A DNA stretch of 64,000 nt, taken from assembly GCA_041650515.1 (NCBI GenBank), contig JBAZLA010000001.1, forward strand, positions 221,866 to 285,865, given 5' to 3'. Positions within the stretch are counted from its first letter, which is position 1. Each line of letters begins with the position of its first letter. The position numbers and the translations under genes are program-made. Shown here in pieces: positions 9,069 to 17,783 of the stretch. This DNA comes from Patescibacteria group bacterium (GTDB lineage: Bacteria; Patescibacteriota; Patescibacteriia; JACRDY01). Below the pieces are notes generated by a model. The model ran no database searches, was not told the DNA's origin, and worked only from the letters and a program-made list of their open reading frames with translations.

Positions 9069-10683
9069 AAAAGAACGGTTGATTATTAGTTTGATTATAC
9101 TAGCTGTTGTTTTGGTCTCAATAGCGCCTCTATTATATGGCTATTTTATTGCTGGTCCTCAAGATCATTTTTTGGGCGCGCCGTATCAGCTGGCTGCTGA
9201 TTATCCGGTCTATTTGTCAATGATTGAGCAGGGCCGTCAGGGTAATTTGGTGATGAAGAATCTATATACTCCTGAGCTACAAAATCCGTCATTAATATCG
9301 CCTTTGTGGCTACTGCTGGGTTTGGTTGGCCGGGTGACTAATTGGTCGAATGTTTTTCTTTTTCATTTGGCCCGAGTTATTGCTGCTATCTTTTTTTTGT
9401 ATTTCCTTTATTTTTTTGTTAGTTGTTTTTTTCAGAAGTTTCAATCTCGGTTGATGGTTTTTGTTTTATTAATATTCAGCTCAGGTTTAGGCTCGTTTTT
9501 TTTACCAGGAGAGAACGTCTGGGATGTCTCGGTTATATTTTTAAAAACGCCGACTGATTTTTGGGTTTCTGAGTCCAATACGTTTTTGACGATTTATCAC
9601 TCGGCTCTGTTTATTCTATCGCAGCTTTTAGTGGTGACTATTTTTTATCTATTTATTAATCGGTTGAGCAATCGTCGGATATTAGTTTTGGTTTTGTTAT
9701 CTTTAATTTTGGGAATTTTCCACCCTTACGATTTAGTTACCATTTACGCAGTCCTTTTTGTTTATTTGGTTTTCAATTTTGCTACTGATAATAAAGAATG
9801 GCACAAAATTAAAGCTTATTTGCCGATGGTTTTTGTTTCCAGTCTAGCCCTGGTTTATTATTATGTTATCACCAAATCAGAGATAGCCATTGGTGGTTGG
9901 TCAACTCAAAATTATAATATTTCGCCGCCATTGTTTGCTTATATTACTGGTTATGGTCTGGTATTATTTTTGGCCATTCTAGGCACTTTTTGGGTGATTA
10001 GGGGAAAGAAGGATCAATTTTATTTTTTGGTGATTTGGTTTTTGACGTCGGCTTTTTTATTGTATGCCCCAATCGCTTTCCAACGTCGGTTGAGTAGTGG
10101 CTTACATATACCCCTGGCTCTTTTAGCCGGGTTAGCTATCGAAAAAATTTGGCTCGAGACCAAACACCATTTTGTGTGGCGTTCGGTCTTAGCTTGGATT
10201 TTTATCCCGCTATTATTTTTGTCTAATATCGCCGTTATCAATCAGGATATTCATAACTATAATCAAAGAGATTATCCTTATTTTTTTCCTCAAGAATATT
10301 ATCAAAGCTTTTTATGGCTTAAAGATAACGTTGATCCAGCCGAGGTGACTCTGGCGTCGCCATCGATTGGTAATTTGATTCCAGCTTTCGCCGGTCGGAC
10401 TGTTTATGCTGGCCATGGTCACCAAACGGTTACGTATGCAGCTAAGATTCAGGAGCTAAGTAGCCAACTGATGGTCAGTAATACTAGCGACCAGGAACGG
10501 TTTGGGTTTTTTAAAAAATACCAAATTGAGTATTTTTGGTATTCGGATCGGGAGAAAATGATTAGCCAGTTTGATCCAGCTGCCGCGAGTTATTTAGAAC
10601 AAATTTATAGCAACTCCCAGGTAGAAATTTATCGAGTTAAAGATACTTATTCGCCAGCCGGCTGTGGTTGTCAGAAGTATTAG
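9046..10683 (+). CDS. Polytopic integral membrane protein, GT-C-like
   Basis: 545 aa; multi-TM N-terminal two thirds, soluble C-terminal domain. Confidence 0.6.
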   Translation: MLSWLKNKKERLIISLIILAVVLVSIAPLLYGYFIAGPQDHFLGAPYQLAADYPVYLSMIEQGRQGNLVMKNLYTPELQNPSLISPLWLLLGLVGRVTNWSNVFLFHLARVIAAIFFLYFLYFFVSCFFQKFQSRLMVFVLLIFSSGLGSFFLPGENVWDVSVIFLKTPTDFWVSESNTFLTIYHSALFILSQLLVVTIFYLFINRLSNRRILVLVLLSLILGIFHPYDLVTIYAVLFVYLVFNFATDNKEWHKIKAYLPMVFVSSLALVYYYVITKSEIAIGGWSTQNYNISPPLFAYITGYGLVLFLAILGTFWVIRGKKDQFYFLVIWFLTSAFLLYAPIAFQRRLSSGLHIPLALLAGLAIEKIWLETKHHFVWRSVLAWIFIPLLFLSNIAVINQDIHNYNQRDYPYFFPQEYYQSFLWLKDNVDPAEVTLASPSIGNLIPAFAGRTVYAGHGHQTVTYAAKIQELSSQLMVSNTSDQERFGFFKKYQIEYFWYSDREKMISQFDPAAASYLEQIYSNSQVEIYRVKDTYSPAGCGCQKY

Positions 10684-12572
10684 GGTAGCGTAATGGTTTG
10701 GATTATCTCTTTTTGATCAATCATATTTTTAACCCCGCGCCAGTCGCTGATTTCTAGACCGCCGCTGATTTTGACTAGGTTGATAGTTATTTGATCGGCG
10801 GTTTTTTGTATTTGCTCTGGTAGAACCAGTGAGTAGTCAAAACTAATTAGCTCATCAGGTTTTAATTCGTTGGCTTGATATAGGCCATAAGCAAAAGGCA
10901 AAAAACGAGAGTAAATTGTTTGGTCGTTAGAATCTTTGATTACTAACTCTAATTCGTAGTTGTCATCAATCATCTGGCTAGTTTGAAATTGACAAGAAAT
11001 CGGTAGTCGATAGTCAATAGCTGATGGCTGATAACAAGTAAAGATGTCAGCTGGCGGTTGGCTCTCAGTGATTGTGTAAAGCTGCTGTTGGTCGCTAGGA
11101 TAGTTTTTTTGCCAAAGGCTGATTAGGTCTTCAGTTTTGACCAAACCGAAGTCACCTTGATTGATGGTTTGTCTTAGACGGGCCGCGCCATCAGAATAGA
11201 ATGGTTGGTAAAAAGCGACAAAATTAAATTGGAGGTCATAGGTGATGAAGTCAGCGGAGTCGATTAATAAATATTCAGTATCAGCTGGCAGTTGATAGTC
11301 CAAGTTAGAATATTGGTGTTTGCCAATAAAAGCGTAGTGTAGGCTATAAAGCGTTGGTCGCGAAGAAAGAGGGGGCAAAAATTCGTAGGTAGCGGCGATA
11401 GCAGCCTGGGGCGGGATTTGATTTAGGAACTCTTGTTTAATCGGTTTAAGATTAATAGCGTCAGCTTGTTCGATTCTAATACCTAATCCCCAAGCATTAT
11501 AAATATTAGTAACTAGCCAAAGGATGATAATTAGTTGGCGATGCTTGTGATATTTGGTCAGAATTAGCTTTAGACTATAGACCGTGGCAATAAATAAGGG
11601 AATAACAAATAGGGCACCATAGTGAGTCTGGAAAACCAGAGCCCCGCCGCCTGGTCCGCCAATGGTCATCTGAGCTAGATTCCCTAGCAGTAATATCAGG
11701 TAGTGGGGGTTGAGTAGTGGCAGGAAGAGAAAGGGTGTGAGAAAACCCAAGACCATTTCTAAGTTGGCATAGGTCGATAGGTGGCTTAGAAGTAATAGTG
11801 GGTGAGAAAAAATATTTTTTATTATTTCTGGTATGGAGTTGCCTAGCCAGCCGTAATAAAATAAAAATTTATAATTACCAGCTGGGTTAAGGCTGGCGAT
11901 AATTTTTAATGAGGCCCAGAACCAGAATATGCTTAGAGCCACTAGGGTAGTAACCCAGGACCAGAGAATTCTTTGTTGGTGTTTATGACAATCAACGATA
12001 ATAAACAGCGCTAGACAAAAAATATACAGCGACACATCCTCGCGGGTCATTAAAGCCAGGATGATGAAAGTGACAAAAGGATAAAACTGGCGTTTTTGGT
12101 AAAAGTAATAAGCGAAGAAGAGTAAAAAAACAGCCAAAGGTACAAGGTGAAACTCATAGAGATTGATATTGTGGATGAAGGGATTGAATAAATAGGCAAA
12201 AGGCAAGAGCAAATAATACTCGGGTTTGGCAAAAACACTTTTGGCAATTAGGTAGAGTGGCCAGGCCGCTAGGGCTAAAAAAATGGTTTGGAGAATCAAA
12301 AGAGTAATGGGCGATTGATAGATTAGATAAAAAGGTAAGAGCAGCAGTACTATGGGATTAAAATGATCAGCTAGATATGATGGTTCGTGGATTGAAGCGG
12401 CTAAGAGCTGACCGTGGGCGCTATTATAAAAGACCTGGTTGATGATGGCCAGATCGAGAGCGTTATAGCCGAAGTTAGAGTACTTATAGATGCAGATTGA
12501 GCTAAAGATAATAATATAAAGGCCAATTATCAACCAGAGCAGTAGCCAATGGTGTTTTTTAAATATTGACAT
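10680..12572 (-). CDS. Large polytopic membrane protein with C-terminal extracytoplasmic domain
   Basis: 630 aa; about 12 TM helices then a ~250 aa hydrophilic tail; convergent with the three upstream membrane genes. Confidence 0.6.
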   Translation of the reverse strand: MSIFKKHHWLLLWLIIGLYIIIFSSICIYKYSNFGYNALDLAIINQVFYNSAHGQLLAASIHEPSYLADHFNPIVLLLLPFYLIYQSPITLLILQTIFLALAAWPLYLIAKSVFAKPEYYLLLPFAYLFNPFIHNINLYEFHLVPLAVFLLFFAYYFYQKRQFYPFVTFIILALMTREDVSLYIFCLALFIIVDCHKHQQRILWSWVTTLVALSIFWFWASLKIIASLNPAGNYKFLFYYGWLGNSIPEIIKNIFSHPLLLLSHLSTYANLEMVLGFLTPFLFLPLLNPHYLILLLGNLAQMTIGGPGGGALVFQTHYGALFVIPLFIATVYSLKLILTKYHKHRQLIIILWLVTNIYNAWGLGIRIEQADAINLKPIKQEFLNQIPPQAAIAATYEFLPPLSSRPTLYSLHYAFIGKHQYSNLDYQLPADTEYLLIDSADFITYDLQFNFVAFYQPFYSDGAARLRQTINQGDFGLVKTEDLISLWQKNYPSDQQQLYTITESQPPADIFTCYQPSAIDYRLPISCQFQTSQMIDDNYELELVIKDSNDQTIYSRFLPFAYGLYQANELKPDELISFDYSLVLPEQIQKTADQITINLVKISGGLEISDWRGVKNMIDQKEIIQTITLP

Positions 12573-12687
12573 AATTTTTAGTTTATCTTACACTTTCCTT
12601 TGCTATATTATAGAATATCAATTGAAAAATAGCTAAGACTTTGCTAGAATACCGGTACCTGTTTTTTAAAAGAATCGAAGGTAGTAA

Positions 12688-12759
12688 GCGGGTGTCGTAT
12701 AAAGGTTATTATGTATCCTTGCCAAGGATAAGACGGCGGTTCGATTCCGCTCACCCGCT
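12688..12759 (+). tRNA. tRNA-Gly (anticodon GCC), atypical D-arm, no encoded CCA
   Basis: Acceptor GCGGGTG/CACCCGC; anticodon stem TATCC/GGATA with loop TTGCCAA; T-arm GGCGG-TTCGATT-CCGCT. D-arm pairing is poor, so this could be a pseudo-tRNA. Confidence 0.5.
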
Positions 12760-12793
12760 TAGTGCCTTTGATTAATAATAATGTTACCTTTAA

Positions 12794-12877
12794 GCCCAGG
12801 TGGTGAAACTGGTATACACGAGGGACTTAAAATCCCTTGCCCTTACGGGCGTGAGGGTTCGATTCCCTCCCTGGGCA
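12794..12877 (+). tRNA. tRNA-Leu (anticodon TAA), long variable arm, no encoded CCA
   Basis: Acceptor GCCCAGG/CCTGGGC; anticodon stem AGGGA/TCCCT with loop CTTAAAA; variable stem-loop GCCCTTACGGGC; T-arm GAGGG-TTCGATT-CCCTC. Confidence 0.85.
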
Positions 12878-13075
12878 TTTGAAATTTAGGCAAGCTGGGA
12901 GTAACGCCGACTTAGTTAGTCAAGGGTTCCCACCCTACGGGTGGTCCTCCGAAGGGGGAGATTCCCTCCCTGGGCATTTGAAATTTAGGCAAGCTGGGAG
13001 TAACGCCGACTTAGTTAGTCAAGGGTTCCCACCCTACGGGTGGTCCCCCGAAGGTGGAGATTCCCTCCCTGGGCA
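12878..13075. repeat. Two tandem 99-bp direct repeats, each ending with the 17-nt 3' end of tRNA-Leu (GATTCCCTCCCTGGGCA)
   Basis: Unit 1 is 12878-12976 and unit 2 is 12977-13075; they differ at 2 positions. The 17-mer also ends the tRNA itself at 12861-12877. The 67-aa track ORF here is a repeat artefact. Confidence 0.9.
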
Positions 13076-13156
13076 CCATTAATGAACAGAAAATAAGCTT
13101 CTGTTTTTTTGTTTAGTTCTGTTGTATAATATCTTCAAAATAAAAAATTAAATAAT

Positions 13157-14047
13157 ATGCCAGCAGAGGATAACAAAGTAAGAAAACAAAAAAGCAACAA
13201 AGTAACTGGTTTAGCTAATGGACGGAGGAAGAGTAAAATTTCACCGGTTCTAGTTAAAACAAAAATTAAGACAAAGCCGTCGGTAAAAACTAGACTAGTT
13301 CAGCCAGCGCCTGTCGCGCTAGTCACTCTTAATAAATCTAGTTTATCTAATATCTCTACCCGATTGGACAAGAAAAAAATTACTATTTATCACTGGCCAG
13401 TGGTGGTGGCTTTTGTCGCTTTTGTTTTTGTGATTACTAGTTTGGTTATATCCATTAGTTTAAGTAACAGTCAACAGTTGACTGGTACAAAATTGATTAT
13501 TGAGGAAACCGCGTCTCTAGACACAGGAATATTGACCGTGGTCGCTGATTGTCAGAGTGATAGTGGTTGTGGACCTAAATATAAATTATGGTCACCAGAT
13601 TTTAAAAATTTTGTACCATTAGTTGGTGATATTAGTGATCAAGATAATGGTCTATTGATAAGAGTGGTTGGCCAGATTGTAGAGTTACCAGCGGTTGAGT
13701 ATGATCCAGCCAGCTATCGTGGGTCGACTCAGGCTTGGCAAGTGACGAGCTATCAAGTTTTAGATAAAATTTCCTATCGTGATTTTCTGGTTCAGAAATC
13801 ACGTGAGTATACTAATAAGAATTATCTGTGTTTTTTAATGCCCGGTCGTCAGGGTTCTTTTAGCCAAGGTATGCAGACGATTTTTGGTTGGGCGTTAGTT
13901 GATAATCAACCGATTCTTAAAGTTAGAATGACCGATATTTATAGCGTAGATGATCCGCAGCCTTATTATGAGCTTTGGTATGATGGTAATAGCGGCGAGT
14001 TGGTTAAGGAAATTTTTAGTCCAGTTGATGGTAATTTTTGTAACTAG
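13157..14047 (+). CDS. Hypothetical membrane-anchored protein (Lys-rich N-terminus, one TM, extracytoplasmic domain)
   Basis: 296 aa ORF; TM segment WPVVVAFVAFVFVITSLVISISL; no recognisable family. Confidence 0.6.
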   Translation: MPAEDNKVRKQKSNKVTGLANGRRKSKISPVLVKTKIKTKPSVKTRLVQPAPVALVTLNKSSLSNISTRLDKKKITIYHWPVVVAFVAFVFVITSLVISISLSNSQQLTGTKLIIEETASLDTGILTVVADCQSDSGCGPKYKLWSPDFKNFVPLVGDISDQDNGLLIRVVGQIVELPAVEYDPASYRGSTQAWQVTSYQVLDKISYRDFLVQKSREYTNKNYLCFLMPGRQGSFSQGMQTIFGWALVDNQPILKVRMTDIYSVDDPQPYYELWYDGNSGELVKEIFSPVDGNFCN

Positions 14048-14101
14048 CAGCAAGAGCATTGTTTCTCACAAACAGCCGTTAATTAATGGTTGTTTTTTGT
14101 T

Positions 14102-14130
14102 TTTAAAAAAAAGCGGACAAATGTCCGCCA
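14102..14130 (-). terminator. Rho-independent terminator for the minus-strand gene 14153-14539
   Basis: On the minus strand: GCGGACA-TT-TGTCCGC followed by TTTTTTTT. Confidence 0.6.
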
Positions 14131-14152
14131 GGGCGAGTCGGCTGAGGTTGCT

Positions 14153-14539
14153 TTACCAAGTGACCAGAGTGATCCCAATAATGGGCAGGCGATGATCGCT
14201 CGGGTTGTGGTCGATTAGCTCGGGCAGCCAAACTGTTGGTGTCAGTTGTTCTGGCCAAACCGAGCGAGATTGCACCGGCGGCAGCTCTAGCGGTCTGATA
14301 TAATGGACCACGTGGTTCCGTCGGATTGGCAGCCTACCAGTGATAGACTGCAGGGTCATCAAGTATAGTTGGTCGGCCAATTGGCTGGTTGGTCCGCCTG
14401 GTTGGATTTCCTCCCAGAAGAGAGTCTCCAATATATCACCCGTTCGGACCTCAACAGTTTGCGGCCCAGCCGAGCTTTCGCTGGCCCAGGTGACTAGCCC
14501 AATCAAAACCACGACGAGCACAATCAGTAGTCTCTTCAC
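14153..14539 (-). CDS. Hypothetical secreted protein (signal peptide), GC-rich
   Basis: 128 aa; N-terminal MKRLLIVLVVVLIGLVTWASESSA looks like a signal peptide; GC above flanks; RBS GGAGG upstream. Confidence 0.5.
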   Translation of the reverse strand: MKRLLIVLVVVLIGLVTWASESSAGPQTVEVRTGDILETLFWEEIQPGGPTSQLADQLYLMTLQSITGRLPIRRNHVVHYIRPLELPPVQSRSVWPEQLTPTVWLPELIDHNPSDHRLPIIGITLVTW

Positions 14540-14656
14540 GGCACCCTCCTGCAGTTGCGGTTATTTTTAATATAACATTTTCTAAGTTTAGTTAAAGTAA
14601 AATGTCAAGAAAATCCTTGTTTTTTTAATCCAGACAGACTAAACTAATAGGGAAGT

Positions 14657-15736
14657 ATGCCTAGAAAAAAACAAACAATAATCAAGCCGGCCGTCGCTGA
14701 TGACGGTCTGGAGCGAGTTACTAGTCCCGAGGAAAAGAATGAGGAGAGAGTTTTTGATTTAATTCTTCGGCCTCAGAATTTAGGTGAATATATTGGTCAG
14801 GAGAAGGTCAAAAAGAATCTAGAGATTTTTATGGCCGCGGCGCGGCAGCGCGGCGAGCCGATTGAGCATGTTTTACTCTACGGCCCGCCAGGACTGGGCA
14901 AAACTACCCTGGCGCATATTATTGCTAAAGAGATGGGCGTGAGTATCCGGGTGACTAGTGGCCCGGCGATTGAGCGTTCGGGCGACCTAGCGGCGATTTT
15001 AACCAATCTGGGCGAAGGTGACGTCTTATTTATTGATGAAATTCATCGTCTTAACAAGGTGATTGAAGAAATTCTGTATCCAGCGATGGAAGAGCATGCT
15101 CTAGATATTGTTATCGGCAAGGGACCATCGGCTCGCACACTACGGCTGCAGCTACCCCATTTTACAATTATTGGCGCGACGACTCGCATCGGCAGTATCT
15201 CCTCGCCACTGCGCGACCGGTTTGGGAATATCTATCATCTCAATTTTTATGAAGACCAAGAAATCCAACAGATTTTAGATCGCTCGGCCAAGATTTTAGG
15301 AGTTGGTTTAATCGACGAGGCTTGTCAGCAGATCGCCAGCCGGTCGCGTCAAACGCCACGGATTGCTAATCGATTGCTTAAACGAGTGCGCGACTATGCG
15401 GAAGTTAAAGCTGATGGTAAAATAGATAACGAGGTTGCTCAAGCTGCCCTGGCTATGTTGGAGGTAGATCATTTTGGTCTGGACGCGGTTGACCGTCGCT
15501 TATTAAAAACGATTATTGAAAAGTTTAATGGTGGACCAGTTGGGTTGGGCACGTTAGCGGCGGCTATTTCGGAGGAGATAGAAACTATTGAAGAAGTCTA
15601 TGAGCCATTTTTGATGCAGCTGGGATTATTAAATCGGACACCGCGTGGTCGGCTGGCGACTAAATTAGCCTATGAGCATCTTGGTAAAATTCCGCCTAAG
15701 AGTTTGGCCGACGACCAGTCACAATTAGGGATTTAA
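14657..15736 (+). CDS. ruvB: Holliday junction branch migration DNA helicase RuvB
   Basis: 359 aa; Walker [10 protein letters not shown]; RuvB N-terminal block [22 protein letters not shown]. Confidence 0.95.
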   Translation: MPRKKQTIIKPAVADDGLERVTSPEEKNEERVFDLILRPQNLGEYIGQEKVKKNLEIFMAAARQRGEPIEHVLLYGPPGLGKTTLAHIIAKEMGVSIRVTSGPAIERSGDLAAILTNLGEGDVLFIDEIHRLNKVIEEILYPAMEEHALDIVIGKGPSARTLRLQLPHFTIIGATTRIGSISSPLRDRFGNIYHLNFYEDQEIQQILDRSAKILGVGLIDEACQQIASRSRQTPRIANRLLKRVRDYAEVKADGKIDNEVAQAALAMLEVDHFGLDAVDRRLLKTIIEKFNGGPVGLGTLAAAISEEIETIEEVYEPFLMQLGLLNRTPRGRLATKLAYEHLGKIPPKSLADDQSQLGI

Positions 15737-15775
15737 TTATCGTTATAGGCTACCTTTAGGAGATATAATAACCCG

Positions 15776-16048
15776 ATGGAGACCAATATGATTACACTTT
15801 CTATATTCCTCTATATTTATCTGTTCTTAGTTGTTATTTTTATTTTATTTGCGATGTTTGTTATCTACCATGTAATTAGATTTTCTTTTTGGGGGTTGCC
15901 GGCATTTTTGGCGACTTTTTTGTTTATTGCGGCGACAGTTATTATTTTATTTGTTACACTAGATTATTGTGCTAGGGTTGATTGGCAGCAGCCGATTCAG
16001 ATTTTACCTAGCGGCGGTTTGTTTAGTACCCAAGATTTAATCAAATAA
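15776..16048 (+). CDS. Small 2-TM membrane protein
   Basis: 90 aa; two hydrophobic helices; precedes the bPH_2-type gene. Confidence 0.45.
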   Translation: METNMITLSIFLYIYLFLVVIFILFAMFVIYHVIRFSFWGLPAFLATFLFIAATVIILFVTLDYCARVDWQQPIQILPSGGLFSTQDLIK

Positions 16049-16049
16049 T

Positions 16050-16613
16050 ATGTATCGTGAACGTCTTTATTTGCCCGACCATTTACCGAATGAAAAAGTC
16101 GAGTTCGTCCTGCGGCGACATCTTTTTGTTGCTTTTGGTGAAGGATTATTATTTATCGTTTTATTTGCTATTCCAGTTGGTTTCTATTATTTTTTTAAGA
16201 TTTTATTTCCCCATTTATTGGCTAGTGAGGTTGTCTATACTTTATTGTTGCTGTCCGTTAGTGTTTATTACCTTTATATTTTACTTTTTGCCTATACTAG
16301 TTTTATTGATTATTGGCTAGATATCTGGGTAGTGACCAATGAACGAATTATCAGTATCGAGCAGAGAGGATTATTCGCCCGTAAGTTTTCGGAGCAGCAA
16401 CTTTTCTTACTACAGGACGTTTCCTCTGAGGTTCATGGTATTTTGGCAACCCTTTTTCACTTTGGGATATTGTTGCCCAGTCAGCTGGCTCAAAACAGAA
16501 CGCCATATTTAAACAGGTGCCGCGGGCTGACCAGATTGCTGTACGAATCATGCAACTCGCTGAGGCCAGCCGAAAAAATCATCCTGGAGAGGGGTAGCTT
16601 TAATTATCTTTAA
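16050..16613 (+). CDS. bPH_2 (YdbS/YdbT-like bacterial PH domain) membrane protein; probable frameshift near 16465-16470
   Basis: 2 TM then PH-like …NERIISIEQRGLFARKFSEQQLFLLQDVSSEVHGILATLF. Skipping one G in CACTTTGGG gives DIVAQSAGSKQNAIFKQVPRADQIAVRIMQLAEASRKNHPGEG* (stop 16595-16597), a much better family-like C-terminus than the track ORF tail. Confidence 0.55.
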   Translation: MYRERLYLPDHLPNEKVEFVLRRHLFVAFGEGLLFIVLFAIPVGFYYFFKILFPHLLASEVVYTLLLLSVSVYYLYILLFAYTSFIDYWLDIWVVTNERIISIEQRGLFARKFSEQQLFLLQDVSSEVHGILATLFHFGILLPSQLAQNRTPYLNRCRGLTRLLYESCNSLRPAEKIILERGSFNYL

Positions 16614-16663
16614 ATAACATCAGATTTTAAAATAGAGCAGACAGCTCTTTTTTTAGAAATAAA

Positions 16664-16704
16664 AAAACCCGCACATCCGGTAGGACCGAACGGCGGGGGT
16701 TTTA
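16664..16704. terminator. Weak bidirectional hairpin (CCCGC…GCGGG) with A-run before and T-run after, between convergent genes
   Basis: AAAAAAACCCGCACATCCGGTAGGACCGAACGGCGGGGGTTTTAG lies between the + gene ending 16613 and the - gene ending 16735. Confidence 0.35.
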
Positions 16705-16734
16705 GTTTCCAGAGAGCGAAGAGGTCGAGCCGGA

Positions 16735-17769
16735 TTAAGTCCTGGCGCTGTCTCGTTTTTCGTTGCGCCAGAGCCGGTCGAGATCTTCCAAATAGCGGGG
16801 CTCCACCTGCTCGGCCTCGTAGTCGAGCTGGGCCGGGAACAGCAGGTTGCCGAGCGCCATCTGATCGGTGAGCGATTTGCCCTGGGTCCAGCCGAGGAAG
16901 ACGCGGGGGTCACGAACTGCGAACGTGGTCGAGGGCTGCTCGACCAGATCATGGCTCATGCCCACTTTCTTGTCTCGGAAGAACAAGCAGAAGTCGCCAC
17001 CCGCCGTGCGAACATTGGCTGTGAACTCGGGAGCTTCGGCCAGGCGCGCTTGGTTTCTCGGGCTCTGGTTGGCCAGATCGATGAATCTCGTCATGGCTTC
17101 GAGAACACTCGGCATCGCCTCGGCGTACTCCGGCACCGGTTCGAAGGTGGGAACGGTGATCGCCCTGCTCCAATCGAGTTCATCATCGAAGAGCGGACTC
17201 TGGGCGATCTGAGTGGCCGAGAGCTCGGCCTGGGGGACGACAAACACGTCGGTGATCAGGCCTTCGCGTGTTCGCTTGAAGACCACTTTGATCGGCGTGT
17301 CGCCGCCGTAGATGCCCTGGCGGATGATGCCGGTGGTGGTGCGAATCGCCAGGGCGATCGCGCTGGTCGCTTGGGTCTGGTCGTCCTGCAGGTAGAAGAA
17401 ACCGAAGCCGAACGGCGCCTTGCCATGCATCCGAGCCGGTGCGAAATAAGTGATGACCGGTTCGGCGTAGGCGGCCATGCCGACGTCAGGTAGGTCGATC
17501 AACTCCAGTGCGGCATAGATGCATTTCGGGTTGGTGCACTTGGCCACGAAGGCAGGGGCATAGACCTGGCCGCATTTTGGGCATTGGGCGCCCACCAGCC
17601 GGGCTTCCCGTAGGAGCGGGATGAGCCAGCGGCTTTGTTCTCCGGCAGTCACCATCTGGGGAAAGCCGAAGAGGCGGGGTTGGAGTAGAACTTCGATCCC
17701 GTCGCCGAGTTGTTTGAGCTCGGGGACGAGGGCCATAATCGCTTCAAGCAATTGTCTGTCGATGTACAT
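16735..17769 (-). CDS. Zn-ribbon/OB-fold (DUF35-like) protein with C-terminal extension; thiolase partner
   Basis: Start set to MYIDRQLL (ATG at 17769, GGAGG RBS upstream). CxxC…CxxC zinc ribbon CPKCGQVYAPAFVAKCTNPKC. About 62% GC. Immediately downstream of the thiolase-like gene. Confidence 0.6.
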   Translation of the reverse strand: MYIDRQLLEAIMALVPELKQLGDGIEVLLQPRLFGFPQMVTAGEQSRWLIPLLREARLVGAQCPKCGQVYAPAFVAKCTNPKCIYAALELIDLPDVGMAAYAEPVITYFAPARMHGKAPFGFGFFYLQDDQTQATSAIALAIRTTTGIIRQGIYGGDTPIKVVFKRTREGLITDVFVVPQAELSATQIAQSPLFDDELDWSRAITVPTFEPVPEYAEAMPSVLEAMTRFIDLANQSPRNQARLAEAPEFTANVRTAGGDFCLFFRDKKVGMSHDLVEQPSTTFAVRDPRVFLGWTQGKSLTDQMALGNLLFPAQLDYEAEQVEPRYLEDLDRLWRNEKRDSART

Positions 17770-17783
17770 GGTGGCTGGCCTCC

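Noticed and set aside
12878-13075. Possible CRISPR array
   Set aside because: Only two long (99-bp) units with no unique spacers, and no cas genes anywhere in the window. Better explained as tRNA 3'-end-containing tandem repeats.
12879-13082. 67-aa + strand ORF (MKFRQAGSNADLVSQGFPPYGW… repeated twice)
   Set aside because: It is a translation of the 99-bp tandem DNA repeat that follows tRNA-Leu. The internal peptide repetition mirrors the DNA repeat, with no RBS or other gene signal.
16057-16551. Alternative-frame ORFs 16057-16320 (+) and 16351-16551 (-)
   Set aside because: Embedded in the bPH_2 membrane protein gene; the + one is an off-frame hydrophobic read-through and the - one is antisense. 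Neither has independent support.
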